From: an uncultured virus (IMG/VR IMGVR_UViG_3300003702_000449)
Lineage: Duplodnaviria > Heunggongvirae > Uroviricota > Caudoviricetes
Direction: 5' to 3' (one strand)
DNA length: 64,000 nt
IMG/VR virus record: IMGVR_UViG_3300003702_000449
Below, one piece after another: positions 9,501 through 18,977 of the stretch. The notes beneath the pieces are model-generated. The model did no database searches, was not told the DNA's origin, and saw nothing but the letters and a program-made list of their open reading frames with translations. A program made the position numbers and the translations under genes. Numbering within the stretch: the first letter of the stretch is position 1; each line of letters opens with the position of its first letter.

Positions 9501-10270
9501 TAACTATAGACTCCAATATATCTATCTAAATTATCTACTAACAATTCTGGGATATAATCCTCTAGAAAAGTTATAGGATCCGGAGATGGTCTTATTACAC
9601 CCATATCTGGAAGTAATCTACCTGCATAAGCCATTCTTAATGGTAAGCTACTCCAGCCCCCTTGTATTAAGTTCTTCTGTATACCAGTATGAGCTTGCAC
9701 TGTTGAAACTTCTCGTAGTCCATCAAAGATATCTGACATATATAAAGGAAGTCCAAATTCTCCAGGCTGGTAGATCTCAGTAATAAATGTATGTCTAGGT
9801 AATATCTTTTCCATTGATGAGGGTAAACAGATACCCATAAAAGGATGGATATTCATTAGTTCCATATATCTATTTAAGCATTTACTATATTGGTCTTCAC
9901 TAATACCTTGAATCATCCCTATGACTGGAATATTACCAATCTGTCTTTTCAGGAAAGATATAGTATCTTCTGCAGATTGTATAGTCTTTTTCAAATGTAA
10001 GTCACTATCTGGTAAAATAACTGCTTTAGGACTAATATATTCAATTACAGATTTTACTCTTACTATCCCTCCATGTAAAGGTATATCCCTAGGAGTTTTA
10101 TAGGAATAATCTAAAAGAACTGTCTCTCCTCTTTTACTTACAGTTCTATAAAAGTCTCTATACTGTTTATGGGCATGAGCTAAATCCACATAACAGACAT
10201 GCAGACCCAGGCCAAATTGCTTATTTAACTGACTTAAGTACTTAATTGGACTTATAATAGCGTGGTCCAT
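9500..10270 (-). CDS. TGT/DpdA-like TIM-barrel protein, paralog 2
   Basis: YRDFY...GETVLLDYS, VILPD and GMIQG align with 16111-16947; lies in the deazaguanine cluster. Confidence 0.55.
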   Translation of the reverse strand: MDHAIISPIKYLSQLNKQFGLGLHVCYVDLAHAHKQYRDFYRTVSKRGETVLLDYSYKTPRDIPLHGGIVRVKSVIEYISPKAVILPDSDLHLKKTIQSAEDTISFLKRQIGNIPVIGMIQGISEDQYSKCLNRYMELMNIHPFMGICLPSSMEKILPRHTFITEIYQPGEFGLPLYMSDIFDGLREVSTVQAHTGIQKNLIQGGWSSLPLRMAYAGRLLPDMGVIRPSPDPITFLEDYIPELLVDNLDRYIGVYS

Positions 10271-10272
10271 AA

Positions 10273-10776
10273 TTAACTTAAGTCCTGGTATTTCTTAGTC
10301 AAGTTTTCAACTGAAAATCTACCATAATCAATAGAGTAGTTATGGTTATGTCTCATCTGCATAACATATGACTTACTATTTACATGCTTTAGCCATTCAT
10401 CCCTTTCTACATTATTGACTCGTACCCAGTGATCTTTCATGGTATCTAAATACTTAAGGGGTACTTTTCCTACTTGTATTTCATGCTGTGTTCTAAAGTA
10501 GTGAATAGTATTATGACAATCTGGACATAGACTTTGTAAAGACACTAGAAACTGAGCTTTCTTCTTTTCATTAAAACCCCAATTTTCATGGCAGTGCAGA
10601 GTCATAAATGTCTGTCCACAAATTTCACATCTATTATTAGCACGGGCATAAACTTCACGTCTTAACTTATCCCAGATATCTTTATAAAGTAAATGGGCTA
10701 GGTTATCACCATGGTTATTTCTAGGAGTAGGCTGTATTATTAACTTAAGTCTTTCCCACTCTGGTTGTCTAGGCAC
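10273..10776 (-). CDS. HNH endonuclease
   Basis: WDKLRREVY...RCEICG...LHCHE...LCPDCHNTIH. Confidence 0.85.
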   Translation of the reverse strand: MPRQPEWERLKLIIQPTPRNNHGDNLAHLLYKDIWDKLRREVYARANNRCEICGQTFMTLHCHENWGFNEKKKAQFLVSLQSLCPDCHNTIHYFRTQHEIQVGKVPLKYLDTMKDHWVRVNNVERDEWLKHVNSKSYVMQMRHNHNYSIDYGRFSVENLTKKYQDLS

Positions 10777-11478
10777 TTACACACCTCTCTTTGCACCCCA
10801 TATAAACTTATGAGTTTGTAGATTCAATCTATAACCATACTTTTTACAAAATTCAGTACATCTTTCCATCCACTCTATATCTGAGGTGCCTTTTATGGGA
10901 TTGAAAGGAGAAATTAGTACAGTTCCTCTAAAGTAGTTACTATGTAGGACAAGTTCCACTGCCTTAAGATCCTTTTCATTCTTAACCACACACTTAAGTT
11001 GATCCTGCTGCCTAAAGTGAGTAAAGTCTTCTAGAATAGGACTCTTAGGTGTTTTAGCAGAAGGTCCCTTAAAGTCTACTACCCAGGAGTCTACAAACTG
11101 GTCATACCAAAAAGGTACAGGAACTAGACCTGAAGTTTCGACCTCTATAGAATAATCTAGAGAATGTAACTTTTGAACTAAGTAACCAAATTGGTCTGGT
11201 TGTTCAAGAGGTTCTCCTCCAGTAATACATATCATTGGTTTCTTATCAGACTTCTTATGTAGTTCCCAGACCTTCTTTAAGATCTCTGTATAACTCATTC
11301 CCTTTTCTTCTTCATGCTTCCAAGTATACTTAGTGTCACACCAAACACAACCTAAAGTACAACCTTGGAATCTTATGAAGACAGTAGGCTCTCCTGTATA
11401 TATACCTTCTCCTTGGATTGAATAAAAGATCTCTGATATATTGACTGTGCCTTGTTCTGTTAGAATACTAGAAGACAT
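10777..11478 (-). CDS. queE: 7-carboxy-7-deazaguanine synthase (radical SAM)
   Basis: EIFYSIQGEG, FIRFQGCTLGCVWCDT, ITGGEP, VETSG, LQTHK. Confidence 0.93.
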   Translation of the reverse strand: MSSSILTEQGTVNISEIFYSIQGEGIYTGEPTVFIRFQGCTLGCVWCDTKYTWKHEEEKGMSYTEILKKVWELHKKSDKKPMICITGGEPLEQPDQFGYLVQKLHSLDYSIEVETSGLVPVPFWYDQFVDSWVVDFKGPSAKTPKSPILEDFTHFRQQDQLKCVVKNEKDLKAVELVLHSNYFRGTVLISPFNPIKGTSDIEWMERCTEFCKKYGYRLNLQTHKFIWGAKRGV

Positions 11479-11755
11479 AATAGAGTACCGCCGCTATTAT
11501 AAATAGGATTCCTAATGTACTTGTTATCCTGGCCCATCGAGGCCATGCAGGCAAAGCATCAGTTACAGGATTACCAGTTAAAGGCTTATTAGAGGTGCCC
11601 TTACTTCTGAGACTCTCAGCCTTCATAGAATAATAATCCATAGTTGTCCAGTGTTGTAATAGAGTCCAGTGCTGGTGACACTTTGCACAGGTTCTACTAA
11701 TAATTTCTCCACTACAAACTTTATGGTAGACTCTATACTTAGACAGTACCGACAT
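11468..11755 (-). CDS. hypothetical protein, C-terminal TM
   Basis: HxxC/CxxC pair and a hydrophobic C-terminus. Confidence 0.55.
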   Translation of the reverse strand: MSVLSKYRVYHKVCSGEIISRTCAKCHQHWTLLQHWTTMDYYSMKAESLRSKGTSNKPLTGNPVTDALPAWPRWARITSTLGILFIIAAVLYYVF

Positions 11756-12251
11756 TTTCTAACTCCACAATAATACAGATCTCTGGGACTTTGAAGAAAT
11801 CCGCTGACTGACTTATTGTTGCATAAGCCTTAGGTGTTTCCCAAAAAGTAACAGAAGTTGTAAAATCCTCTTTATAGATCTCAAGCCACTGCATGGTCTG
11901 GTGATGAATAAACATAGCCAATAGTTCCGCTGTTGGAGGCATGTCTATTACAACTAGAGACTTTTTATCTATACCAACTATAGCATTTATTAAAGGATCT
12001 TCTACTTCTAATATAGTACGGTGATCTAAAGTCTTATCTAGCCAAAGTCCTATACCTGCATCAAGGTCCCCAAAGTCCATAATCATACCATTACTAGAAG
12101 ACTTACTAGCTTTAATAATAGGACCGTCTATAGTAATACAGATCTTAGCATTATGTCCATGTAACCTAGCACACTTACCTTTATGATTCAGTAAACGATG
12201 TCCATAAGAAATTTCATACTCTTTAGTTATCTCAGCCATTATAAGTGCCAC
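11739..12251 (-). CDS. queD: 6-carboxy-5,6,7,8-tetrahydropterin synthase
   Basis: YGHRL..H.GKCARLHGHN, MDFG, LDH, PTAE, ETP. Start is likely GTG 12251 (after AAGGAG) or ATG 12239, not 12299. Confidence 0.9.
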   Translation of the reverse strand: MALIMAEITKEYEISYGHRLLNHKGKCARLHGHNAKICITIDGPIIKASKSSSNGMIMDFGDLDAGIGLWLDKTLDHRTILEVEDPLINAIVGIDKKSLVVIDMPPTAELLAMFIHHQTMQWLEIYKEDFTTSVTFWETPKAYATISQSADFFKVPEICIIVELENVGTV

Positions 12252-12457
12252 TTTACTCCTTTTGAATTTTGTTGGGGCTGGGGAAGTGGCGGATGTCATC
12301 CTGATGGAGTACCAGTGACATCCATTATCTTTCTTGTGTGCCCACCTATAAACAAATGCACCAGTGCTGTCAAGTACACTAGTGTCTGATGGACGCCAGA
12401 TTATAGGATGGAAGTCCGATGCTGCAGTCCATATGGATGGGAGAAAGAACCACTATT
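12247..12457 (-). ncRNA. candidate structured RNA / cis-regulatory leader of queD
   Basis: Gap with no convincing ORF and at least six nested or adjacent inverted repeats; the last stem includes the queD GTG. Confidence 0.4.
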
Positions 12458-12793
12458 TTATTCTTTCCATAATAGATCTGAAATTTTCCTAAAGTCCCCT
12501 TCATAGTTCTTTATATGGTCTGGAAAATCCTTTATCATAATCCAGTCCACTCCTCTATGATAATATCTATCAGATCTATTTGAAATAGCTCCTTTACTAT
12601 AACTAAGTAACTGGTCTACATCTGCATTTTCAGTAAAAGGAGCTGGTAGTACTAAATCATGATTTACAGGTTCCTTAAACGCATTTACTCCAACTACAGT
12701 TATAGACATAAGTATACCTGAAACAAAGCCTAATATATAGGGTCTACTACGGATAAGTAACTTACCTAACTTGCTTAGTAAGTTCCTAATCAA
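12458..12793 (-). CDS. hypothetical membrane-anchored protein
   Basis: N-terminal TM. Confidence 0.55.
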   Translation of the reverse strand: MIRNLLSKLGKLLIRSRPYILGFVSGILMSITVVGVNAFKEPVNHDLVLPAPFTENADVDQLLSYSKGAISNRSDRYYHRGVDWIMIKDFPDHIKNYEGDFRKISDLLWKE

Positions 12794-13772
12794 GGAGAGT
12801 AATCCTCATTTGAGTTACATCAATTTGGTTACAGTAACTATCATAGATTTCTTGAGTGTTAGTTGCTATAAATTTCTTGCTATCAAATCTTTTCTGTTTG
12901 AATGAAGTCTTTTTGATTCTAAGAGAAGTTGTATAAAGTTCTGTACTATCCTCTCCTAAAGCATTTTTGAATTCTTCTTTTGCTTCATCTACAAGCGTTT
13001 TACCTAATTCTTGATAGGCTTGGCCTTGCATCCATTTTTCACTTGCAGTAGTTAACTCTTCATAAGTAAAAGCACTAAAGTCTACAATAGGAGTTCCCCA
13101 ACAGATATTAGTATACTTACAGCCTTCACATAAAGGATTCTCTACTGGTTCAGGTATATAGCCATCAACAACAATAGAATCAACTTGATTGATAAGAGGA
13201 AGAGCAAAATCTGAATCTTTCTTTTCAATGACATCTGCTAACTTAACCGACTCTTTATGCTTAAAGATAATATGAGTTTCCTCAACTGGATAAGGAAGAT
13301 TATTACCGTGCATATAGAGTTGGGTTTGAGCTTTAATTCTAGGAAAGGCTGCAAGACCCTGATCTTGGAATTTCTTGAAGGACTGATAGTTACGTGCTTT
13401 TATTTCAAGCATAGCAGGTTTACTTGGATCTATATCTGGACCTGAAAGGATAAATCCGTCTGGATGCCCCTTTATCCCAGATCTTCCTATAGTAACCTCA
13501 GCTTGATTGTCACCTACATAGTCTAGTCCAAAACCTGCCCTAGTTAAGAGATCTACTATTTCTGATTCCTGGTAATGACCATCATCCATAAGTAATTGGA
13601 GTTGCAGGTCATAGTCCATATCAGAAGGAACTTCTCCAGATTTAGTCATCTGGAACTTTCGGAAATTATAGTAGGTTTCACGTGGACAAGTACTAATACT
13701 ACTTATACCAAAGTAATTACGTCTTTCTCTATCTTTATATATATCTAGGACACTAGTAGTTAAGATACCCAT
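12786..13772 (-). CDS. Cas4-like PD-(D/E)XK exonuclease
   Basis: CPR..YY, GHPDG, LEIKA, QTQLYM, CEGC.Y..IC (four Fe-S Cys). Confidence 0.85.
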   Translation of the reverse strand: MGILTTSVLDIYKDRERRNYFGISSISTCPRETYYNFRKFQMTKSGEVPSDMDYDLQLQLLMDDGHYQESEIVDLLTRAGFGLDYVGDNQAEVTIGRSGIKGHPDGFILSGPDIDPSKPAMLEIKARNYQSFKKFQDQGLAAFPRIKAQTQLYMHGNNLPYPVEETHIIFKHKESVKLADVIEKKDSDFALPLINQVDSIVVDGYIPEPVENPLCEGCKYTNICWGTPIVDFSAFTYEELTTASEKWMQGQAYQELGKTLVDEAKEEFKNALGEDSTELYTTSLRIKKTSFKQKRFDSKKFIATNTQEIYDSYCNQIDVTQMRITLLD

Positions 13773-14296
13773 GATAATCTACTCCTTTGATAATCCTTAA
13801 CTAAGGGAAAATACTCTTCTGCATTATTACTAAAGATCCATTTAGTTGGTGGCATTAAATCTAAAAACTTAAAAGTATCTGATAAATCCCCAGTCGGTTC
13901 CTCAAAAAGAATTATATCATCCTTACTTAGACCATGATAGTTTAAAGTTCCTGTCTTACAATAATCTACTACTATATTTTTAGGCTTAGTTATCCAAGAA
14001 GGAGAACTTGAACTATTTCCATTTAGTTTAGGATTATGAATATGTAGGTCAACCTCAACTCCACAAGATATTAGACCATTTATTAAACTACCTATACCTA
14101 CAGGTACACCATCTTTACCAGTCTCTAAACAAACCCAATTATTCTTCTGCTCTCCACCTAGGACAGCATATACCAGATCCTTTACTTGGTCTTGAGTGGA
14201 TCCACCTGGTCCATTAACTAATGCACAGTGGAGCATAGGAATACCTATATTATGGCCTCTAGTTCGTAACTTCACCTCTTTATTAAGAATAATCAC
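13760..14296 (-). CDS. degenerate QueE-like protein lacking CxxxCxxC
   Basis: GIPM..., WVCLETG, L...G.EV.L, VVDY follow the order of QueE segments; the radical SAM Cys motif is absent. Confidence 0.45.
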   Translation of the reverse strand: MIILNKEVKLRTRGHNIGIPMLHCALVNGPGGSTQDQVKDLVYAVLGGEQKNNWVCLETGKDGVPVGIGSLINGLISCGVEVDLHIHNPKLNGNSSSSPSWITKPKNIVVDYCKTGTLNYHGLSKDDIILFEEPTGDLSDTFKFLDLMPPTKWIFSNNAEEYFPLVKDYQRSRLSWVS

Positions 14297-14592
14297 TTAA
14301 TACCTCCAAAGACTGTCTTGTTCCCTTGATAAATTTCTTCTGCTAGTCTATAGGACGTAGCTGCTACTTGGAGGGCCTCCTTATATATATGTAGTAAGTC
14401 TACATCCTTAGATTTTAAAGCCTCCCAAAGTTCATCGACCTCTTCTAAGATAACAGCATAAGCTTCATGCCTAGATCTGTAGTTTCCAAACTTAGTAACT
14501 CCAAAGTTTATCTCTTCACAGAAGTCAGTAATAACTTTATCCTCTCTACCTGGAGTCTCACTGCCTAAGCGGCTATTCGTATTCGACATCAA
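14293..14592 (-). CDS. MazG-like NTP pyrophosphohydrolase
   Basis: HEAYAVILEEVDELWEA...KEALQVAA. Confidence 0.7.
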   Translation of the reverse strand: MMSNTNSRLGSETPGREDKVITDFCEEINFGVTKFGNYRSRHEAYAVILEEVDELWEALKSKDVDLLHIYKEALQVAATSYRLAEEIYQGNKTVFGGIK

Positions 14593-15025
14593 ACTCTTTA
14601 CCTACAGCTACCATTTCAGGTATCCCACCTCTAGTATTAAATGCACCTCTAACAAATAGTCTCTTAGGACTAATAGCTTGATAGACATCAGAATAAATCC
14701 TGTTTATTAGTTCCTCATAAAAGTGGCCTTCATTCCTAAAAGAAACTATATAGAACTTTGCTGACTTTAGTTCAACACACCACTTATCTGGTACGTACTC
14801 AACATGAAGATCCGCAAAATCAGGTTGTCCAGTAACAGGACAAAGAGATGTCAGTTCATCAGTAGTCCAAATTACCGTATAGTCAGTAGATTGAGTATTC
14901 TGAGGCGCTGGAAATATATGAAGTTCCTTTTCTCCATATAGATGGACTACCTCTACCTGTTTGTCAGATAAAGTAGAGAGACTAGGATTAAGTTCCCCCA
15001 ATGCTGGAATACTAGAAGTGTCCAT
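14573..15025 (-). CDS. queF: preQ0 nitrile reductase, unimodular type
   Basis: ELTSLCPVTGQPDF, QueF motif ELKSAKFY, SFRN, RGGI. Confidence 0.88.
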   Translation of the reverse strand: MDTSSIPALGELNPSLSTLSDKQVEVVHLYGEKELHIFPAPQNTQSTDYTVIWTTDELTSLCPVTGQPDFADLHVEYVPDKWCVELKSAKFYIVSFRNEGHFYEELINRIYSDVYQAISPKRLFVRGAFNTRGGIPEMVAVGKEFDVEYE

Positions 15026-15414
15026 TATAAGTTTTCCCCCTCGTTAATTACTTTAACTCTATTATTTTTAGAGTCTTGATCCTGGACCATTCTTAAATAT
15101 ATATAGCCATAAATAGCCAACATAAGATTATCTCTAAGTTCATCCTCTGGCTTATCTTTACCAGCCATACCTAAGACCATTAAATCAAAGACCCTAGAAG
15201 CCTTTCTAATTATACCATTAGCTAGTCCAGGTAAACCTGTAGTAGACCAATCTTGACTATATCTCAGTCTATCATCAAAGACTTGCTCTCTAACCATAGT
15301 AAAAAGATCCTCAAGTCTCTTCTCAAAATCAGCAGACTTAGTAAAAGGTATTACTCTACCAAATCTTAAAGCTGTTAATTCTGATCCTATAACCTGTGAA
15401 TTTGGGTTGTCCAT
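15025..15414 (-). CDS. nucleotide-modification-associated all-alpha protein (DUF1599/Nmad-like)
   Basis: RY..DW...G..G....I.RK..R...ED.L.D...Y pattern. Confidence 0.55.
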   Translation of the reverse strand: MDNPNSQVIGSELTALRFGRVIPFTKSADFEKRLEDLFTMVREQVFDDRLRYSQDWSTTGLPGLANGIIRKASRVFDLMVLGMAGKDKPEDELRDNLMLAIYGYIYLRMVQDQDSKNNRVKVINEGENL

Positions 15415-15416
15415 AC

Positions 15417-16121
15417 TTAATACTCTACTGCCAGTGCTAGAGGAGACTGATAAGATCTAGCTTGTTTATTTCCATTAGGATAGTACAGAAAGTCTTGGTC
15501 TATTATACCTGCAGCTTCCATTGCTAAAGTCTTTCTCCTACAACCTGGACACCTATAAGATTCATTATTAGACCTATAACCACAAGGAGGGTCCCAATAA
15601 CAGCTATACATCATCTCAAAAGGTATATCATAGTCTTTAAGAGAAATACCTATTTCTTCTATACTAAGAGTTTCTATAGGGATACTTAATGTAAGTTGAA
15701 ACTTAGTGGCCTCTTGTAGAGCAGCTCCCATATGTTTATCAAAGGCCCCAGGCTGACAATCAGGACCCACATCCCCCTCATGGACCCCAGTTGCAATATA
15801 GTTATAATCATTACCATGTGTATAAGCCCACATAGAAGCAAGACCTATCATACCTATACTTCGTCCCCATACACTTCCAATCCTTTCTCTTTCTGCCCCC
15901 TCTTCAAAGACTTTATAGATAATGGGACTATGGGCTTTCGATCCTACTTTTAATCTAGCACAAACCTGTTCAACTGCCTCTCTTTCCTTCTCAACTGGCC
16001 ATTGGTTATAATCAACAAAGAAAGGAACTACCTCATCCCCCTGTTCTATACAAGACGCTAATACCAGCGTAGAATCTAAGCCTCCTGATAAAAGTACAAT
16101 ACCCTTTGCCTCAGTACTCAT
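15417..16121 (-). CDS. divergent second QueC-family PP-loop ATPase
   Basis: LLSGGLDS, DYNQ, PDC, YSCY..PCG...CPGC; the canonical VP.RN and YPDC motifs are altered. Confidence 0.8.
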   Translation of the reverse strand: MSTEAKGIVLLSGGLDSTLVLASCIEQGDEVVPFFVDYNQWPVEKEREAVEQVCARLKVGSKAHSPIIYKVFEEGAERERIGSVWGRSIGMIGLASMWAYTHGNDYNYIATGVHEGDVGPDCQPGAFDKHMGAALQEATKFQLTLSIPIETLSIEEIGISLKDYDIPFEMMYSCYWDPPCGYRSNNESYRCPGCRRKTLAMEAAGIIDQDFLYYPNGNKQARSYQSPLALAVEY

Positions 16122-16947
16122 GCGCTAACCATCCTTTTAGGATACAGATATTCCAATACCAAATTTCTTTAAGGTCTGGCTGTAGAAACTCATCATATTC
16201 AAAGTAGTTAAAGTATACTCCTTTAGGTATCAAAGGATCAATTCCAAATTTCTGGCCCCAGACTGCATTAGTCATGGGAGCACCTGTATCTATTGTAACT
16301 CTAGGTTTAAATCCATTCCAATGTTTAGGACCATACCAAACAGTTGGTTCGTTATAGACAGTTAACTCTTCTAAAGTATTTAAGCCTAGAAGATGTACTC
16401 GATTAAAAAGTAGTCCCTCCTTAGTTAAGGCTTTAACTGCACTGACTCTAGTATGACTTAACTCACTCAAAGGTGCTTTATTACTATCATCATAAGCTAG
16501 CTTTGACCTATGTGCAAGTGTTATATCATAAGGAATAGATACTATATCAAAGTCATAATGATGTCTTAGTCTTTTCCCACATTCAACTACCTCTTCAAGA
16601 GAAGTTCCTTGTATAACAGGAATGATTCTATCTTTACCCCATAGTTCAATAGCCTCATCTAAAGTGCTTAAAGTTGCCTCTAAGTTATTAAGATAATCTG
16701 GAGGTATTATATATCTAGGCTGGATTACTTTTGCAACCTCTTCCATATCTTCTATGGATACAGGTACACCCAACTCATTAACTGAATTATCTAGTACTAC
16801 CTCTCTACCTTGTTTAGCCATAGATTCATAGTAGTCATAATACTTATCTGATTCTTTAAATAGATGAGTTAAGGCAAAATCAAACTTTGTTATAAGGGGC
16901 AGTTTGCTAAGAAGGTCTATAGGAGCCTCCATAGCTAAATCTATCAT
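16111..16947 (-). CDS. TGT/DpdA-like TIM-barrel protein (candidate DNA deazaguanine transglycosylase), paralog 1
   Basis: VLDNSVNELG, IIPPD, PVIQG, VHLLG and TIDT resemble the TGT-fold strand motifs; sits between folE and the second queC. Confidence 0.65.
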   Translation of the reverse strand: MIDLAMEAPIDLLSKLPLITKFDFALTHLFKESDKYYDYYESMAKQGREVVLDNSVNELGVPVSIEDMEEVAKVIQPRYIIPPDYLNNLEATLSTLDEAIELWGKDRIIPVIQGTSLEEVVECGKRLRHHYDFDIVSIPYDITLAHRSKLAYDDSNKAPLSELSHTRVSAVKALTKEGLLFNRVHLLGLNTLEELTVYNEPTVWYGPKHWNGFKPRVTIDTGAPMTNAVWGQKFGIDPLIPKGVYFNYFEYDEFLQPDLKEIWYWNICILKGWLAHEY

Positions 16948-17468
16948 AAGTTTCCTCTCCTTTGTTCAGTTCTTACTGGGGCATCCTGTTTAGCTCCCCT
17001 AAACTTCAGACAACCATGTGTACCTGTTACTGAGACTTTTACACCAATAGGATGGACCCGTTCCTCTATGGTGTCTGCAAGCTCCCTAGTATAAGTTTCT
17101 TGCATTATAGGTCTTTTACCTAATATATCTGCTATTCTAGCAAATTTAGACAGACCTAAGACTTTCCCATTAGGAGAATAGGATATATCAACTATATACT
17201 CACAGGGAAGTAGATGGTGGGGACATAAGGTTATAACTGATATATTAGATATAGTCATTACCTCCTCATATCCATCCTCAAATAACCTGGTATGGATATC
17301 TAACTCTCTCTTAATCTTTTCAGGAGACCAACAGAATTCTGAATACATCCTAGTAAGTCTATCAGCAGTACCTTTAAACTGTGCAGCCCCATCCCATCCA
17401 CTATATACTTCTGTTAATGCAGAAACTACACTAGCAAAAGGTTCTCTAGGAAGATGTTCTATATCCAT
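16944..17468 (-). CDS. folE: GTP cyclohydrolase I
   Basis: TADRL.RMY, LCPHHLLP, LGLSKFAR, RPIMQE, HGCLKFRG; start likely ATG 17468. Confidence 0.92.
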   Translation of the reverse strand: MDIEHLPREPFASVVSALTEVYSGWDGAAQFKGTADRLTRMYSEFCWSPEKIKRELDIHTRLFEDGYEEVMTISNISVITLCPHHLLPCEYIVDISYSPNGKVLGLSKFARIADILGKRPIMQETYTRELADTIEERVHPIGVKVSVTGTHGCLKFRGAKQDAPVRTEQRRGNL

Positions 17469-17469
17469 A

Positions 17470-17985
17470 CTATCCCTCAAATATGCTTCCCCTTCTAATT
17501 CTTCCAATTGACCAAGCATGTTCAACTGCATTTTGCACCTGCTCCGATATACTAGTTTCTGAGTCTTCATCTAGCATTGGACTATTCAATATATCTGATT
17601 CTACTTCAGATCCAACTCCTATAACTTGTAATCCCTCTATTTCACATCTGGGGCACTCTCCCTCATCCGCTATAATCCCTTTAGGCAGTCTAATAACACC
17701 TTCAGTTCTACAATTAGGACATCTGACTGCTATAGTATAGAACATTGCTGTATAATAAGACCTTCTTAGTTCTCTACTAATAACGTCTGAAGCTTCTTGC
17801 CTGGACTCAAAGATCTTTACTGATAGTTCCTTCTGTTTTTCATCTGCACTTGCTTCTGAGTCTGTCTGAGGCCTCCCGTATATAATATCATTAAGAGCTG
17901 AATTGTCATAAGGATCTTCTTTCTTAGAACTACCCTTTTTAGAGAAGGGATTTCCAAAGACTATTTTTTTCCAATCAGTTTTCAT
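17470..17985 (-). CDS. hypothetical Zn-ribbon protein
   Basis: CPNC...CPRC. Confidence 0.6.
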   Translation of the reverse strand: MKTDWKKIVFGNPFSKKGSSKKEDPYDNSALNDIIYGRPQTDSEASADEKQKELSVKIFESRQEASDVISRELRRSYYTAMFYTIAVRCPNCRTEGVIRLPKGIIADEGECPRCEIEGLQVIGVGSEVESDILNSPMLDEDSETSISEQVQNAVEHAWSIGRIRRGSIFEG

Positions 17986-18000
17986 ATATGTCCATCCCCC

Positions 18001-18699
18001 TTAAAGTGCCGGGTCTATTATTCCTACTTCGGAAAACGCTGCTATACGTATCCGACAGGAATCACATTCCCCACAAGGTTTTAATCCGCCAATATAGCAT
18101 GAGTAAGTTAGACCTAAAGGAGCATGAAGTTCTAGGCCCCAGTTAATTATATCTGCCTTACTCTTGTCTATAATAGGTGTCTCGATTCGTATTATATGGT
18201 CTTCTTCAACGAATCTCTTACGCGCAAAGTTTAAGGCTATTTGTGCTGCTGTAACAAACTCTGGTCTACAATCAGGATATCCACTATAATCTACAGCATT
18301 AAATCCAGTATAGACTACATCTGCTCCTATTGTGTCTGCATAGCCAAAAGCATAAGTTAGAAAGAGCATATTTCTCTGTGGAACCCATGTATTAGGAATA
18401 CCAGATTCAGTTGCTACTTTAGTAGGTTCAGGAACACTAAACTCTCTATTGTCTCCTACAACTAAAGAAGTATTGCCACCAAAGAAGTTTTCATTAAATG
18501 GAATACGGATAAATTGGTGGTCTTTAACCCCTATAAATTTAGATACTTCTGTAGCCTGCTCAAGTTCCCTCTGCGCATGCCTTTGCCCATACTGAAAACT
18601 TATAGCATATAAGTCTCCATCTCTGTCTAAGCTATCTTTAGCAATACAGGATGTAACTGTACTGTCTAATCCCCCTGATAACATTATCAATGCTTTCAT
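18001..18699 (-). CDS. queC: 7-cyano-7-deazaguanine synthase
   Basis: SGGLDS, YGQRH, WVPQRN, DYSGYPDCRPEF, SCY...PCGECDSC. Confidence 0.95.
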   Translation of the reverse strand: MKALIMLSGGLDSTVTSCIAKDSLDRDGDLYAISFQYGQRHAQRELEQATEVSKFIGVKDHQFIRIPFNENFFGGNTSLVVGDNREFSVPEPTKVATESGIPNTWVPQRNMLFLTYAFGYADTIGADVVYTGFNAVDYSGYPDCRPEFVTAAQIALNFARKRFVEEDHIIRIETPIIDKSKADIINWGLELHAPLGLTYSCYIGGLKPCGECDSCRIRIAAFSEVGIIDPAL

Positions 18700-18974
18700 A
18701 CTGTAAACCTCCTCTCAGCTGGACCTAAACCTAAATAGGCACTTATGGTCCTTAAAATTTTCATTTGCTTAGTAGTAAATGAGGCCTGTCCCCAAGTTAT
18801 TTTCATCACTTCCATAGTCTTACTAAGATTCTCAAATTCTTCTAGACACTCCTTTGCAGTAATTTTTTCTACCCCGTTAGCTTCTCTTGTTCCTTGACTT
18901 ACAATTTCTTTCAAATAAGGAGTTATAGGTGAAATCCATTCCTCATAAACTACCACTGAATAAAAGTTTGGCAT
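18696..18974 (-). CDS. hypothetical protein
   Basis: Coupled ORF within the operon. Confidence 0.55.
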   Translation of the reverse strand: MPNFYSVVVYEEWISPITPYLKEIVSQGTREANGVEKITAKECLEEFENLSKTMEVMKITWGQASFTTKQMKILRTISAYLGLGPAERRFTV

Positions 18975-18977
18975 TAC

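Noticed and set aside
12786..13772. CRISPR-Cas system suggested by the Cas4-like gene
   Set aside because: No repeat-spacer array or other cas genes seen; solo Cas4-like nucleases are common in phage recombination modules.
17469..17570. N-terminal extension of FolE in the ORF track
   Set aside because: It overlaps the upstream gene by about 100 nt; the ATG at 17468 directly after that gene's stop is more plausible.
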